From: Alphaproteobacteria bacterium UBA2964
GTDB lineage: Bacteria; Pseudomonadota; Alphaproteobacteria; MPNO01; UBA2964
NCBI GenBank assembly: GCA_905182615.1
Contig: CAJJCG010000031.1
Span: 1 to 60,688 of the forward strand
Direction: 5' to 3'
Length of the DNA: 60,688 bases
Positions 1 to 9,524 of the stretch are shown in pieces. The position numbers were made by a program, and so were the translations under genes. Under the pieces are notes generated by a model that saw only the letters and a list, made by a program, of their open reading frames with translations, made no database searches and was not told where the DNA came from. Each line of letters begins with the position of its first letter. Positions within the stretch are counted from its first letter, which is position 1.

Positions 1-1091
1 TCGTTCTGTAAGATAGCGTAAAGCGGTACGGTATAGAGCCCGCCGCAGACGGCAATTGCCGTCAGGTCAAACAGGATACGCCAGTTAGCCGGACTGTTGA
101 TAAAGTCTGTCGCAGTCATTAATCCGCTGGTCGGAGCGTGGAGGCCGCGCGACGCGAAATACAAATCGAGCGTAAAGCCAGTCAAAGCGAGGGCGCTCAA
201 TGGTACATATTTGGCGGATACTTCGCCTTTAAGAAGCCTGGTGCACCAGTAGGAACCGATCCCGATCCCGAGCGAGAATGTCACCATGAGTAGGGTCACG
301 ACGCTGGCATCACCGCCGAGCAGGATTTTGCTGAAATTGGGGAATTGCGACAGAAACGTTGCGCCAGTTAGCCAAAACCAGGAAATCCCCATGATCGAAA
401 GAAAGACCGAACGGGTTTCCCGAGCACGGGCGACCATGCGCCAGGTCTCCTGGAAGATATTGGTATTGATCTTCAGGTCAGGGTCCGCGGCGTCGGCTTT
501 GGGGATTGCCCGGCTCGCAACCCAGCCTAACAGAGCGACGATCAGCAAGCTGGCGGAGACGATGGAAATGCCCTGATCCGCCACAATCAGAAGTCCTCCG
601 GCGATGGTGCCGATCAAGATAGCGAGAAAGGTGCCGCCTTCGATCAGTGCGTTGCCGCCGATCAGCTCGTTTTCTTTCAAATGGCTCGGCAGAATACCGT
701 ACTTCAACGGGCCAAAGAACGCGGATTGGGTGCCCATCATGAACAGGACGGCGATTAGAAAGTAGGTGTTGGAGAGATAAAACCCGGCGACCGCTATCGC
801 CATAATGAAGATTTCTACGATCTTGATACGTTGGATTGATGCTGATTTCTCGAATTTGTCCGCTATCTGCCCGGCTGTCGCGGAGAACAGGAAGAACGGC
901 AGGATAAAAATGCCAGCCGCCATCGTGACCAGGATTTGCGGGCTGATGTCAGATGACTGCAGCAATCCGAAGGTGATCATCATGATCAGGGCCTGCTTCA
1001 TCAAATTGTCGTTCATTGCCCCGAGAAATTGGGTGACAAAAAGCGGCAGAAACCGCCTGGTCTTAAGAAGGTTCGGGGCTGTTTCGGTCAT
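1..1091 (-). CDS. MFS transporter, LplT-like (lysophospholipid-transporter type); C-terminus lies beyond the left edge
   Basis: Open minus-strand frame that runs off the left edge, so it is absent from the ORF track. My translation from ATG 1091-1089 reads MTETAPNLLKTRRFLPLFVTQFLGAMNDNLMKQAL...GQIADKFEKS...FGPLKYGILP...: successive hydrophobic helices resembling LplT-type MFS proteins. Confidence 0.6.
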   Translation of the reverse strand, partial: MTETAPNLLKTRRFLPLFVTQFLGAMNDNLMKQALIMMITFGLLQSSDISPQILVTMAAGIFILPFFLFSATAGQIADKFEKSASIQRIKIVEIFIMAIAVAGFYLSNTYFLIAVLFMMGTQSAFFGPLKYGILPSHLKENELIGGNALIEGGTFLAILIGTIAGGLLIVADQGISIVSASLLIVALLGWVASRAIPKADAADPDLKINTNIFQETWRMVARARETRSVFLSIMGISWFWLTGATFLSQFPNFSKILLGGDASVVTLLMVTFSLGIGIGSYWCTRLLKGEVSAKYVPLSALALTGFTLDLYFASRGLHAPTSGLMTATDFINSPANWRILFDLTAIAVCGGLYTVPLYAILQN

Positions 1092-1097
1092 GTTGGG

Positions 1098-1736
1098 TTA
1101 TTTAGACTTTGTGACGGCAGTTACGACATAAAGCGGATCAGAGTCACCGGGGTTTGGAGAAATATTTTCGAATTCGGGTGCTTCAAAGCCACCAGCTTCG
1201 TTGAAATAGTAGCCAACCAGCTTGGCGTGGCTGATATCGTCCATCTGGTGCCATAATGCGATGGCTTTGGTCGGGAAACATCTGTTGGAAAACGAGATGA
1301 TGCAGCGGCTGCCCGGGCGCAATACACGCGCTATTTCACCAAAAACGTGAACCGGGTGGATCAGATACTGGACCGAGACGGTGATCATACAGCCGTCGAA
1401 CGAGTTATCTGCAATCGGCAGGGTTGGGTTGGTACTTAGATTATGGACCAATCGTTCTGTAAGCTGTGCGTTGTCGTCAAGCTCGACCTGATTCATGCCG
1501 ATCCCGGTGACGCTTTTGTACTCAACATCCCAGGGCAGGTGGGACACGCAGCTCGACATGAGATCAAGCAGGTCGCCGCCAGCGGGCAGATGTTCACGGA
1601 AATAGTCGTTTAGCGCCGCGCAGGCATGGTCATCGATATGGGTGACCAGACGCGGCTGTTCGTAAAAAATTCCGTCATCGGACTCGTCGGTCCGCAGAAA
1701 GTGCTCCGGCTGGAGCTGATCACTGTCATTGGCCAT
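1098..1736 (-). CDS. class I SAM-dependent methyltransferase (Methyltransf_11-like)
   Basis: 212 aa. LLDLMSSCVSH, FDGCMITVSVQYL and VLRPGSRCIISF resemble the SAM-binding motif region. There is a 3-nt gap to the upstream TauD gene and a 6-nt gap to the downstream MFS gene, consistent with an operon. Confidence 0.6.
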   Translation of the reverse strand: MANDSDQLQPEHFLRTDESDDGIFYEQPRLVTHIDDHACAALNDYFREHLPAGGDLLDLMSSCVSHLPWDVEYKSVTGIGMNQVELDDNAQLTERLVHNLSTNPTLPIADNSFDGCMITVSVQYLIHPVHVFGEIARVLRPGSRCIISFSNRCFPTKAIALWHQMDDISHAKLVGYYFNEAGGFEAPEFENISPNPGDSDPLYVVTAVTKSK

Positions 1737-1739
1737 GTC

Positions 1740-2621
1740 TTATTGCACCGCCGCTTCCTGAAAGGGCGGTTCGCCGGCGAGGACTGGATGATCGTCTTCC
1801 AGAGTAATGCGCCGCAGCATCCGGCGTTCGTCGCTTGGAAAATCAGTGCGGGCATGAACTGAGCAGCGATTGTCCCACATCATGATATCGCCGGGGCGCC
1901 ATTGGTGCTCATAGACGAATTCCGGTTTGCTCTGATGCTCGAACAGGAAGTCGAGGAGCTCGCGGCTTTCTTCCGGGCTAACGCCGATGATTTCTTCGGT
2001 CATCAACTCACTCACGAAAAGCGCCGAACGTCCGGTTTCGGGGTGTTTGCGGAATACCGGGTGGGCGAAATGCGGATGCACACTCTTGTCATAGCTATCA
2101 GCCGTTTTGTGCTGATTGCCGTAATCGTATATATGCAGCGCTTTTTTGGTGCCGATGCGGTGCTTGATGTCTTCGGGCAGAGTTTCTGCCGCTGTATAGC
2201 TGTTGGAGAACAGAGTGTTGCCGCCGTGTGCGGGAATATCGATGGCGTATAGCAGTGTCGCCTTGAGAGGTTTTTCGTAATAGGGCGTATCGGAATGGAA
2301 CATCATTTCGCCATCCGGCAGAGTCCCGATCGGTTTGCCGTTTTCCCGCACGTTTGTAATTAACATGACGGCGTTACTGGTTTGTTGTTCGTGTTTGGTC
2401 GCGGTCGATTGAAGACGCACGGCGACTTTGCCAAAACTGGCGGCATAAGCGTGTTGTTGATCTAACGTCAGGTCCTGATCGCGAACCAGGACGATGATGT
2501 GGTTATGCCAAGCCTGTTTGATAGCTTTGGCGACATCCGGGGACAGGGGTTCCCGTAGGTCTACGCCGAGGACTTCCGCACCGATGGCTTCGCAGATTGG
2601 CCTAATTTCGAAATCAGTCAT
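1740..2621 (-). CDS. TauD/TfdA-family Fe(II)/2-oxoglutarate dioxygenase (paralogue 1)
   Basis: Track ORF 1740..2678 starts at a TTG. ATG 2621 gives MTDFEIRPI..GAEVLGVDL, a typical family N-terminus. FHSD (HxD) and WDNRCSVHAR motifs are present. Confidence 0.8.
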   Translation of the reverse strand: MTDFEIRPICEAIGAEVLGVDLREPLSPDVAKAIKQAWHNHIIVLVRDQDLTLDQQHAYAASFGKVAVRLQSTATKHEQQTSNAVMLITNVRENGKPIGTLPDGEMMFHSDTPYYEKPLKATLLYAIDIPAHGGNTLFSNSYTAAETLPEDIKHRIGTKKALHIYDYGNQHKTADSYDKSVHPHFAHPVFRKHPETGRSALFVSELMTEEIIGVSPEESRELLDFLFEHQSKPEFVYEHQWRPGDIMMWDNRCSVHARTDFPSDERRMLRRITLEDDHPVLAGEPPFQEAAVQ

Positions 2622-2766
2622 GACCGCACCTGTTTCTATAGTTTCTTGGATTGAACGCCATTGAAGGCGGGAACTCAAGAAGTCTGTGGTCCATTTGACG
2701 CCTTTAGGGACGGGGCGTAGAGTCTTTGAAAATTAGAGAATACAGGGCTTTGCGAAGGAGACGGTG

Positions 2767-3618
2767 ATGGAAGTGACGCGTCTATCCGATGCACTTGGGG
2801 CACATGTGTCCGGTGTGGATCTTGGCAATATTGATGCTGGAACCGCTGACAAGATTAGAGGGGCGTTCCACGAACATCAGATACTCCTGTTTCGCGGTCA
2901 GGATATTTCGGTGGAACAGCATATCGCCTTTAGTCAAAATTTCGGGCCGCTAGAGGTCCATATCTCGAAGGATAGCCTGCACGACGATCACGAGGAGATA
3001 CTGCTGGTCTCCAATAAGAAAGAAAACGGTGAGTATATCGGCGTCGAGAATGCCGGCGACTCCTGGCATTCGGACTTGTCCTATATGCCGGAACCCAGCC
3101 TGGGCTCACTTCTGTATGCGCTGGAAGTCTCCGAAATCGGCGGCGATACCGAATGGCTCAATATGTATGACGCCTATGACACGCTGCCGGAAGAAACCAA
3201 ACAGCGGATTGACGGCCTCAAGGCCCGTCACAGCTTTAATCGCTATAAAAACAACCGGATTGGTGTGCCGTCGCAGCGACAGGAAGGGGGCAAGGAGCGC
3301 TATGAGAAGCTCAGCCCGCCTGATGTCTTTCATCCCGTAGCACGGACGCACCCTGAGACAGACCGCAAAGCGCTTTACGTCTCACCAAGGTTCACGCTGG
3401 GTATCCTCGATGGATCAGAGGACGAGGCGCAGGATTTGCTCGATGAGTTAATTGAGCACGTGACGCAGCAGAAATTTGTTTATCGCCATGAATGGCAGGT
3501 TGGCGATCTCGTCATGTGGGACAATCGCTGTACGCTGCATTTGGCTTGCCGGGGGATACCCGAAGACCAGGTCCGGCATATGCATCGCACGACGATCTCC
3601 GGCGATGTGCCGTTTTAA
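2767..3618 (+). CDS. TauD/TfdA-family dioxygenase (paralogue 2)
   Basis: AAGGAGA at 2754-2760 favours ATG 2767 over GTG 2764. Motifs WHSDLSY (HxD), GGDTEW and WDNRCTLHLA. Confidence 0.85.
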   Translation: MEVTRLSDALGAHVSGVDLGNIDAGTADKIRGAFHEHQILLFRGQDISVEQHIAFSQNFGPLEVHISKDSLHDDHEEILLVSNKKENGEYIGVENAGDSWHSDLSYMPEPSLGSLLYALEVSEIGGDTEWLNMYDAYDTLPEETKQRIDGLKARHSFNRYKNNRIGVPSQRQEGGKERYEKLSPPDVFHPVARTHPETDRKALYVSPRFTLGILDGSEDEAQDLLDELIEHVTQQKFVYRHEWQVGDLVMWDNRCTLHLACRGIPEDQVRHMHRTTISGDVPF

Positions 3619-3624
3619 GGGAAG

Positions 3625-4482
3625 ATGAGCATGCAGGTTAATCCGCTTTCAGATGTTCTGGGTGCCGAGGTCATTGGCATTGATGTCGGAAACCTTGATG
3701 CGGCGACCTTCGACAAGGTTCATGACGCTTTTTTGGAGTACCATGTGCTGGTGTTTCGCGATCAGGACCTGTCGCCAGAAAGACAGGTGGATTTCGCTCA
3801 ACGGTTCGGTGAGCTGGATGTTCATATCCAGAAGGACAATAAACATTCGGGCCATGAGGCCATGCAAATCCTCTCGAATAAGAAGGTGAATGGGGAATAT
3901 ATCGGCTCGCCATCGGCAGGCGATGCCTGGCATTCGGACCTGTCCTACACGGATATTCCGACGCTGTGCACGATGCTCTATGCCATGGAAACCCCGGAAG
4001 TCGGTGGCGATACCGAATGGTCCAACATGTATCGTGCCTATGACATGTTAACCGAGGAGATGAAGCAGAAATTGGATGGGCTGCATGCCCGCCATACATT
4101 CAACCGATTTCGCAACCACCGCGTTGAAGTTCCCGAAATATATAAAGGAATGGGAAAAGAGCGCTACGCGGATATCGCGCCGCCGGACGCGGTTCACCCG
4201 CTTGTCCGTACCCACCCTGAAACCGGCCGCAAGGCTCTGTATCTTTCAGAACGTTTCACCATCGGTATCGAAGAATTAGAGGAAGATGAAGGCCAGGCGT
4301 TAATGGATGAATTGATCACGCATCAGAAACAACGCGACTTCATCTATCGCCATAAATGGAACCTGCATGATCTGACGATCTGGGATAATCGCTGCCTAAT
4401 CCATCTTGCCTGTGGCGGCGTGCCTGAAGGACAAATTCGACATATGCACCGCGTCATCGTGCGCGGCGATAAACCCTACTGA
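3625..4482 (+). CDS. TauD/TfdA-family dioxygenase (paralogue 3, tandem copy of paralogue 2)
   Basis: 285 aa, colinear with the preceding gene (WHSDLSY, GGDTEW, WDNRCLIHLA). 6-nt intergenic gap. Confidence 0.85.
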   Translation: MSMQVNPLSDVLGAEVIGIDVGNLDAATFDKVHDAFLEYHVLVFRDQDLSPERQVDFAQRFGELDVHIQKDNKHSGHEAMQILSNKKVNGEYIGSPSAGDAWHSDLSYTDIPTLCTMLYAMETPEVGGDTEWSNMYRAYDMLTEEMKQKLDGLHARHTFNRFRNHRVEVPEIYKGMGKERYADIAPPDAVHPLVRTHPETGRKALYLSERFTIGIEELEEDEGQALMDELITHQKQRDFIYRHKWNLHDLTIWDNRCLIHLACGGVPEGQIRHMHRVIVRGDKPY

Positions 4483-4501
4483 CCAATAACTCCAGGAGAG
4501 A

Positions 4502-4933
4502 ATGAGAATGGCTGACGAGAGAGTTGCTTCAACAAAACCCCGTATTCGGCACACGATGCTTCGCGTGAAAGACCTCGACCGGTCGGTTAAATTCTATGCC
4601 GAGGTCATGGGTATGCAGGAATTCCGCCGTAATGCGAATGAAGGTGGCAAATACACCGTCGTTTTCATGGGGTTCGGTGACGAGAACTCTGATCCCGCGA
4701 TTGAGCTGACCTATAACTGGGGTCAAGACGATGGATATGAGCTGGGAACAGGCTTTGGCCATGTCGCCATCGGTTATCCGGATATCTATGAGGTCTGCAA
4801 AAAGGTTGAGGCATTTGGCATGGAAGTGCCGCGTCCACCGGGGCCGCTGAAACATTCGGGTCCCAACGGCCCGGTTATCGCCTTTATCCGCGACCCCGAC
4901 GGCTATTCCATCGAGCTTGGCCAAAGGGCGTAA
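4502..4933 (+). CDS. gloA: lactoylglutathione lyase (glyoxalase I), VOC superfamily
   Basis: 143 aa. HTMLRVKDLDRSVKFY ... IELTYNW ... GHVAI ... IAFIRDPDGYSIEL closely tracks GloA. Start could be ATG 4508. Confidence 0.75.
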   Translation: MRMADERVASTKPRIRHTMLRVKDLDRSVKFYAEVMGMQEFRRNANEGGKYTVVFMGFGDENSDPAIELTYNWGQDDGYELGTGFGHVAIGYPDIYEVCKKVEAFGMEVPRPPGPLKHSGPNGPVIAFIRDPDGYSIELGQRA

Positions 4934-4960
4934 CCGTCGGGAAATACTTGGGAGGACGCC

Positions 4961-6445
4961 ATGGCGGAGACGGACTCGGCAGCAGTCGTAAGGACGAGTA
5001 ACGAACATAAATTTGCGTATCAGGACCTGCGTGACTGGCTCGAGGAAGCTGAAAAGCTTGGCGAGCTGGAAAAGATTACCGGCGCGAGCTGGGAGGAAGA
5101 TATTGGGATGGCGGCGACCGTCGCCAAATACCGCGATGGCTCCCCGGCATTGTTGTTTGATGAAGTCCCTGGTTGCGCCAAGGGTTTCCGGGTGCTGTGC
5201 AATTTCTTCGGCGGTAAACGCAAAAATTTGACCCTTGGCTTTCCCGAGCACCTCAACAAGGTCGAGCTTTCTGAAGCCTGGGCCGGCATTTACTCGCATG
5301 AGCAAGGCGCTCTGATACCACCGGTCTATGTCGATGATGGTCCTGTATTCGAGAACATCATGACCGGCGACGATATCGATGTGCTCGCCTTCCCATCCCC
5401 AATGTGGCACGAGGATGATGGCGGCCGCTATATTGGCACCGGCACTTACAATGTGACACAAGACCCGGATACTGGCTGGTATAATCTCGGTTGCTACCGG
5501 GTCATGGTCATCGACGAAAAGACCGTCGCCTATAACTCTGCACCCGGCAAACACGGCCGTATTCATCACGAAAAGCACGTCGCCAAGGGCGAAAAGATGC
5601 CGGTCGTCATGGTCGTTGGTGGAGAACCGCTGGCATTCTTGCTGGGCGGTTATGAAGTGCCGTCAGGGGTGAGCGAGTTCGATGTGATGGGTGGCCTGCG
5701 GGGTAAGCCTATTGAACTGGTTCGTGGCAAGGTAACAGGGCTGCCATTCCCGGCTGATGCAGAGATTGTCATCGAGGGTTGGGTCGATCCAGAGGAAGTC
5801 GTTCCCGAAGGACCGTTTGGTGATTGGTGCGGCAGCTACACCGAACCGGGACGTGTGCGGCCGAAATGCGATGTCGCGGCGATCTATTACCGTAATGACC
5901 CAATTATCCTTGGTTTTCCGCCGCAGCATCTGCCGGATGAATTCTCACGGTTCAGGGCAATTACCCGTTCAGCCTTGATGAAACGGAATATCGAAGCCGC
6001 TGGGGTGCCAGATATTCATCAGGTCTGGTGCCATGAGGTGGGCGGCTCACGGATGTTGACCGGTGTATCCATCAAGGCGCGCTATCCTGGCCATGCGACG
6101 CAAGCCGGTCATATTGCCAGTCAGTGCCATGCTGGCGCCTATGCTGGCAAATGGGTCATTGTCACCGATGATGATATCGACGTGACCGACTTGGAAGAGC
6201 TCATCTGGGCGGCGCTGATGTGCTGCGATCCGGCGACGGAGATGGACATCATCAAGAATGCCTGGACATCGAACGCGGATCCCCGGCTTCATCCAGATGA
6301 CAAGGCGAAAGGAAATGTCACGAATTCCCGCTTGATTATTGACGCCACCAAGCCATTCCACTGGGCGGACCGGTTCCCGAAATCAACCAAACCCAAAGCA
6401 GAAGTATTGGAGGCTGCCCGTAAGAAATTCGGGCATCTCGCGTAA
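4961..6445 (+). CDS. UbiD-family (prFMN-dependent) decarboxylase, paralogue 1
   Basis: 494 aa. Signature PADAEIVIEGWVDP..EGPFGDWCGSYT, compared with AEIVLEG..EGPxGDHTGYY remembered from UbiD. Confidence 0.85.
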   Translation: MAETDSAAVVRTSNEHKFAYQDLRDWLEEAEKLGELEKITGASWEEDIGMAATVAKYRDGSPALLFDEVPGCAKGFRVLCNFFGGKRKNLTLGFPEHLNKVELSEAWAGIYSHEQGALIPPVYVDDGPVFENIMTGDDIDVLAFPSPMWHEDDGGRYIGTGTYNVTQDPDTGWYNLGCYRVMVIDEKTVAYNSAPGKHGRIHHEKHVAKGEKMPVVMVVGGEPLAFLLGGYEVPSGVSEFDVMGGLRGKPIELVRGKVTGLPFPADAEIVIEGWVDPEEVVPEGPFGDWCGSYTEPGRVRPKCDVAAIYYRNDPIILGFPPQHLPDEFSRFRAITRSALMKRNIEAAGVPDIHQVWCHEVGGSRMLTGVSIKARYPGHATQAGHIASQCHAGAYAGKWVIVTDDDIDVTDLEELIWAALMCCDPATEMDIIKNAWTSNADPRLHPDDKAKGNVTNSRLIIDATKPFHWADRFPKSTKPKAEVLEAARKKFGHLA

Positions 6446-6458
6446 GGACAAAACAAAT

Positions 6459-7949
6459 ATGGCCGAGACACCAACTGCTGATAGCGATCGCGATCATAAT
6501 TTGCGTCATACGCTGGTCTATCAGGACCTGCGTGACTGGATTGCTGAAGCGGATCGTCTTGGCGAACTGCGCGATGTGAAGGGCGCAAGTTGGGAACAGG
6601 ATATCGGGCTGGCCTGCACGGTCGTGAAGTATGACGAAGATGCACCGGTCTTGTTGTTTGACGACATCCCTGGTGTGAAGCCGGGGTTTCGGGTGCTGGC
6701 GAATTTCTTTGGCGGCAAACGCAAGAATATGACGCTCGGGTTTCCAACCAATCTGTCGAAGGTTGAGCTGTCGGACGCCTGGGCTAAGGTTTACTCACAT
6801 GATCAGCAATCGTTAATCCCGCCGGTGATCGTGGATGACGGGCCGGTCTTTGAAAATATTCAGATGGGTGACGAGGTCGATATCGATCAGTTTCCGTCGC
6901 CGATCTGGCATGAAGGCGATGGCGGGCGGTATATCGGGACCGGGAGTTATAATGTTACCGCCGACCCAGATAATGGTTGGCTCAATCTCGGTTGCTATCG
7001 GATTATGGCGAAAGATTCGAAGACCGTGGCCTTTAACACGGGGCTCGGCAAACACGGACGCATCCACTTTGAAAAGAACGCCGCGAAGGGCGAAAAAACA
7101 CCGGTCGTGATGGTGATCGGTGGCGATCCGATGGCGTTCATTATGGGTGGCTATGAAGTTCCGTCGGGGGTCAGCGAATATGACGTCCTCGGGGGGATGC
7201 GAGGCAAAGCGGTTGAACTGGTAAAGGGCAAGGTCACAGGGCTGCCGTTTCCAGCTGATGCTGAAATAGTCCTTGAAGGTTTTGTCGACCCAGAGGTTGA
7301 GGTGTCGGAAGGTCCATTTGGCGATTGGTGCGGCAGCTATACCGAGAGCGGTAGGCGGCGCCCGAAATGCGATATCGTCGCGGTTTATCACCGTAATGAT
7401 CCCATTATCCTCGGTTTTCCACCGCAAAGCTTGCCGGATGAATATTCGCGTTTTCGCTCGATAACCCGATCGGCTTTGTTGCGACATGCGGTCAATGCGG
7501 CTGGCGTTCCAGACGTTAAGGCGGTCTGGTGCCACGAGGTTGGTGGCTCGCACATGCTGACCGGCATTTCGATTACCCAGCGATATCCCGGTCATTCGAC
7601 ACAGGCGGCGCAGATCGCTTCGCAATGCCAGTCAGGCGCCTATGCGGGGAAATGGGTGATCGTGACCGACGACGATGTCGACGTTGCTGATCTTGAAGAG
7701 CTGATCTGGGCCGCGCTGATGCGCTGTGATCCGGTGAACGATATTGATTTCATCAAATATGGCTGGACGTCATTCGCTGACCCGCGGATTGACCCGGAAG
7801 AACGGGCCAAGGGAAACATTACAAATTCCCGGATGATCATCGATGCCTGCCGTCCGTTCCATTGGAAGGACGATTTCAACAAATCAACCAAGCCGTCAGA
7901 GGAATTGCTGACACTGGCGCGGGAGAAGTTCGGTTATCTACTCGACTAA
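6459..7949 (+). CDS. UbiD-family decarboxylase, paralogue 2 (tandem copy)
   Basis: Track ORF 6339..7949 overlaps the previous gene. ATG 6459 gives MAETPTAD..YQDLRDWIAEADRLGEL, colinear with the paralogue 1 N-terminus. PADAEIVLEGFVDP..EGPFGDWCGSYT present. Confidence 0.85.
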   Translation: MAETPTADSDRDHNLRHTLVYQDLRDWIAEADRLGELRDVKGASWEQDIGLACTVVKYDEDAPVLLFDDIPGVKPGFRVLANFFGGKRKNMTLGFPTNLSKVELSDAWAKVYSHDQQSLIPPVIVDDGPVFENIQMGDEVDIDQFPSPIWHEGDGGRYIGTGSYNVTADPDNGWLNLGCYRIMAKDSKTVAFNTGLGKHGRIHFEKNAAKGEKTPVVMVIGGDPMAFIMGGYEVPSGVSEYDVLGGMRGKAVELVKGKVTGLPFPADAEIVLEGFVDPEVEVSEGPFGDWCGSYTESGRRRPKCDIVAVYHRNDPIILGFPPQSLPDEYSRFRSITRSALLRHAVNAAGVPDVKAVWCHEVGGSHMLTGISITQRYPGHSTQAAQIASQCQSGAYAGKWVIVTDDDVDVADLEELIWAALMRCDPVNDIDFIKYGWTSFADPRIDPEERAKGNITNSRMIIDACRPFHWKDDFNKSTKPSEELLTLAREKFGYLLD

Positions 7950-7983
7950 CGGATAGAATTCCGCTGTAAGCAAGGAGATAGAA

Positions 7984-8745
7984 ATGGGACAGCTAGAGGG
8001 CAAAGTCGCCGTTGTGACTGGTGGGTCGCTGGGCATTGGCGCGGAATATTGCAAACGTCTGGCGGAAGAGGGCGCTAAAATCGTCATTGCCGACCTCGAA
8101 GATGCCAGCAGCGTCATTGGCGTAATCGAACAGGCTGGCGGCGAGGCCATCTATGTCGAGACTGATGTTGCCAATGAGGCCGCCAATATGAATATGGCGG
8201 CCAAGGCATTTGAAGCGTTTGGCCGGCTCGACATTCTGGTCGCGAATGCCGGGCTCTATACACATCTCCGGCGGGGGCCGTCTTTGGACGAAACCGTTGA
8301 TGAATGGGACGCCGTCTATAACGTCAATATCAAGGGCGTTTGGCTCGGCGCCAAAGCCTGCATCCCGGAAATGAAGAAAAACGGCTACGGCAAGATTATT
8401 AATATCGCCTCTACCGCAGCTTTTCAGGGCACGCCGGGGATCACGCGCTATGCGGCGTCCAAGGCCGCTGTCGTAGGCATTACGCGGTCGATGGCGCGGG
8501 AATATGGTGATGACGGTATCCGCATCAATGCGATCGCGCCGGGCCCGATTGAGACCGAAACCGGCAAGCAGTATGAAACCGACGAAAGTATCAAACGTCG
8601 GGTGGCGAGCGGCAAAAAACGCGCACTGGGTCGCAATGGTATGCCTGCGGACGTTCTTGGGTTATGTGTGTTTCTATCGTCGCCGAAGAGCGATTTTATG
8701 AGTGGTCAAACGGTCGTCGTCGATGGCGGCGGCACGATGTGGTGA
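7984..8745 (+). CDS. SDR-family oxidoreductase (FabG-like), copy 1
   Basis: 253 aa. TGGSLGIG Rossmann motif, NAG, YAASKAA (YxxxK). Confidence 0.85.
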   Translation: MGQLEGKVAVVTGGSLGIGAEYCKRLAEEGAKIVIADLEDASSVIGVIEQAGGEAIYVETDVANEAANMNMAAKAFEAFGRLDILVANAGLYTHLRRGPSLDETVDEWDAVYNVNIKGVWLGAKACIPEMKKNGYGKIINIASTAAFQGTPGITRYAASKAAVVGITRSMAREYGDDGIRINAIAPGPIETETGKQYETDESIKRRVASGKKRALGRNGMPADVLGLCVFLSSPKSDFMSGQTVVVDGGGTMW

Positions 8746-8760
8746 GAAAGGGTTAAGTTG

Positions 8761-9522
8761 ATGGCGAGACTGGACGGACGAGTAGCGATTGTAACGGGAG
8801 GCGCGCGGAGTATTGGAGCAGCCTTCGCCAAGGGTTTGGCAGCAGAAGGTGCCAAAATCGTTATCGCTGATCTCGACGCGGCAGAGGAAACGCTGGGCAT
8901 CATCAAGCAAGCCGGTGGTGAGGCGATGGCCGTCAAAACCGATGTCACCAATGAAAGCAGTTGCGAAGAAATGGTCGCCAAAGCCGTTGAGGCCTATGGC
9001 AAGCTCGATATTCTCGTCGCCAATGCCGGGCTGTGGGTCCATCTCGAACGCCAGGAAGCCACGGAAATCGATATCGATACCTGGGAAAAGGTGATGTCGG
9101 TCAATGTGAAGGGTGTCTGGCTGTCGGCAAAGGCAGCGATCCCGGAAATGGTCAAGAACAACTATGGCAAGATCATCACCGTGGCCTCGACCCGGGCGAT
9201 GAAGGGCGGCGCTGGAATGTTGCACTATGACACCAGTAAAGGGGCCGTCATCGGCCTAACCCGGTCACTGGCCCGCGAATACGGGCCGTCAGGCATTTGC
9301 GCCAATATCATTGCACCGGGCGCGACGGATACTGAGATCAGTCAGTCCTTGGCGACTGACACCCAAAAAGAACGCCGCGTGGCTAGTGCGCAGGCGCGCG
9401 CGATCAAACGTGCGGAAGAGCCTGATGATCTGGTTGGGGCCTGTGTTCATTTGGCATCACCCGAAAGCGATTTCATGTCGGGTCAGACACTGGTCGTCGA
9501 TGGCGGCGCTATCGTCTGGTAA
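8761..9522 (+). CDS. SDR-family oxidoreductase, copy 2 (tandem)
   Basis: TTG 8758 is immediately followed by ATG 8761. TGGARSIG, NAG, YDTSKGA. Confidence 0.85.
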   Translation: MARLDGRVAIVTGGARSIGAAFAKGLAAEGAKIVIADLDAAEETLGIIKQAGGEAMAVKTDVTNESSCEEMVAKAVEAYGKLDILVANAGLWVHLERQEATEIDIDTWEKVMSVNVKGVWLSAKAAIPEMVKNNYGKIITVASTRAMKGGAGMLHYDTSKGAVIGLTRSLAREYGPSGICANIIAPGATDTEISQSLATDTQKERRVASAQARAIKRAEEPDDLVGACVHLASPESDFMSGQTLVVDGGAIVW

Positions 9523-9524
9523 TA

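Noticed and set aside
4529-5578. 349-aa minus-strand ORF overlapping gloA and UbiD1
   Set aside because: It is antisense to two genes with strong family signatures. The translation is Arg/Gly/Ile-rich with no recognisable motif. This is typical shadow ORF behaviour.
6339-6458. N-terminal extensions in the ORF track (UbiD2 from 6339; also 9525..10493, 10384, 41269, 51896, 57058)
   Set aside because: The extensions overlap neighbouring genes or lack similarity to paralogue N-termini. Internal ATGs with RBS give colinear N-termini, so shorter coordinates were used.
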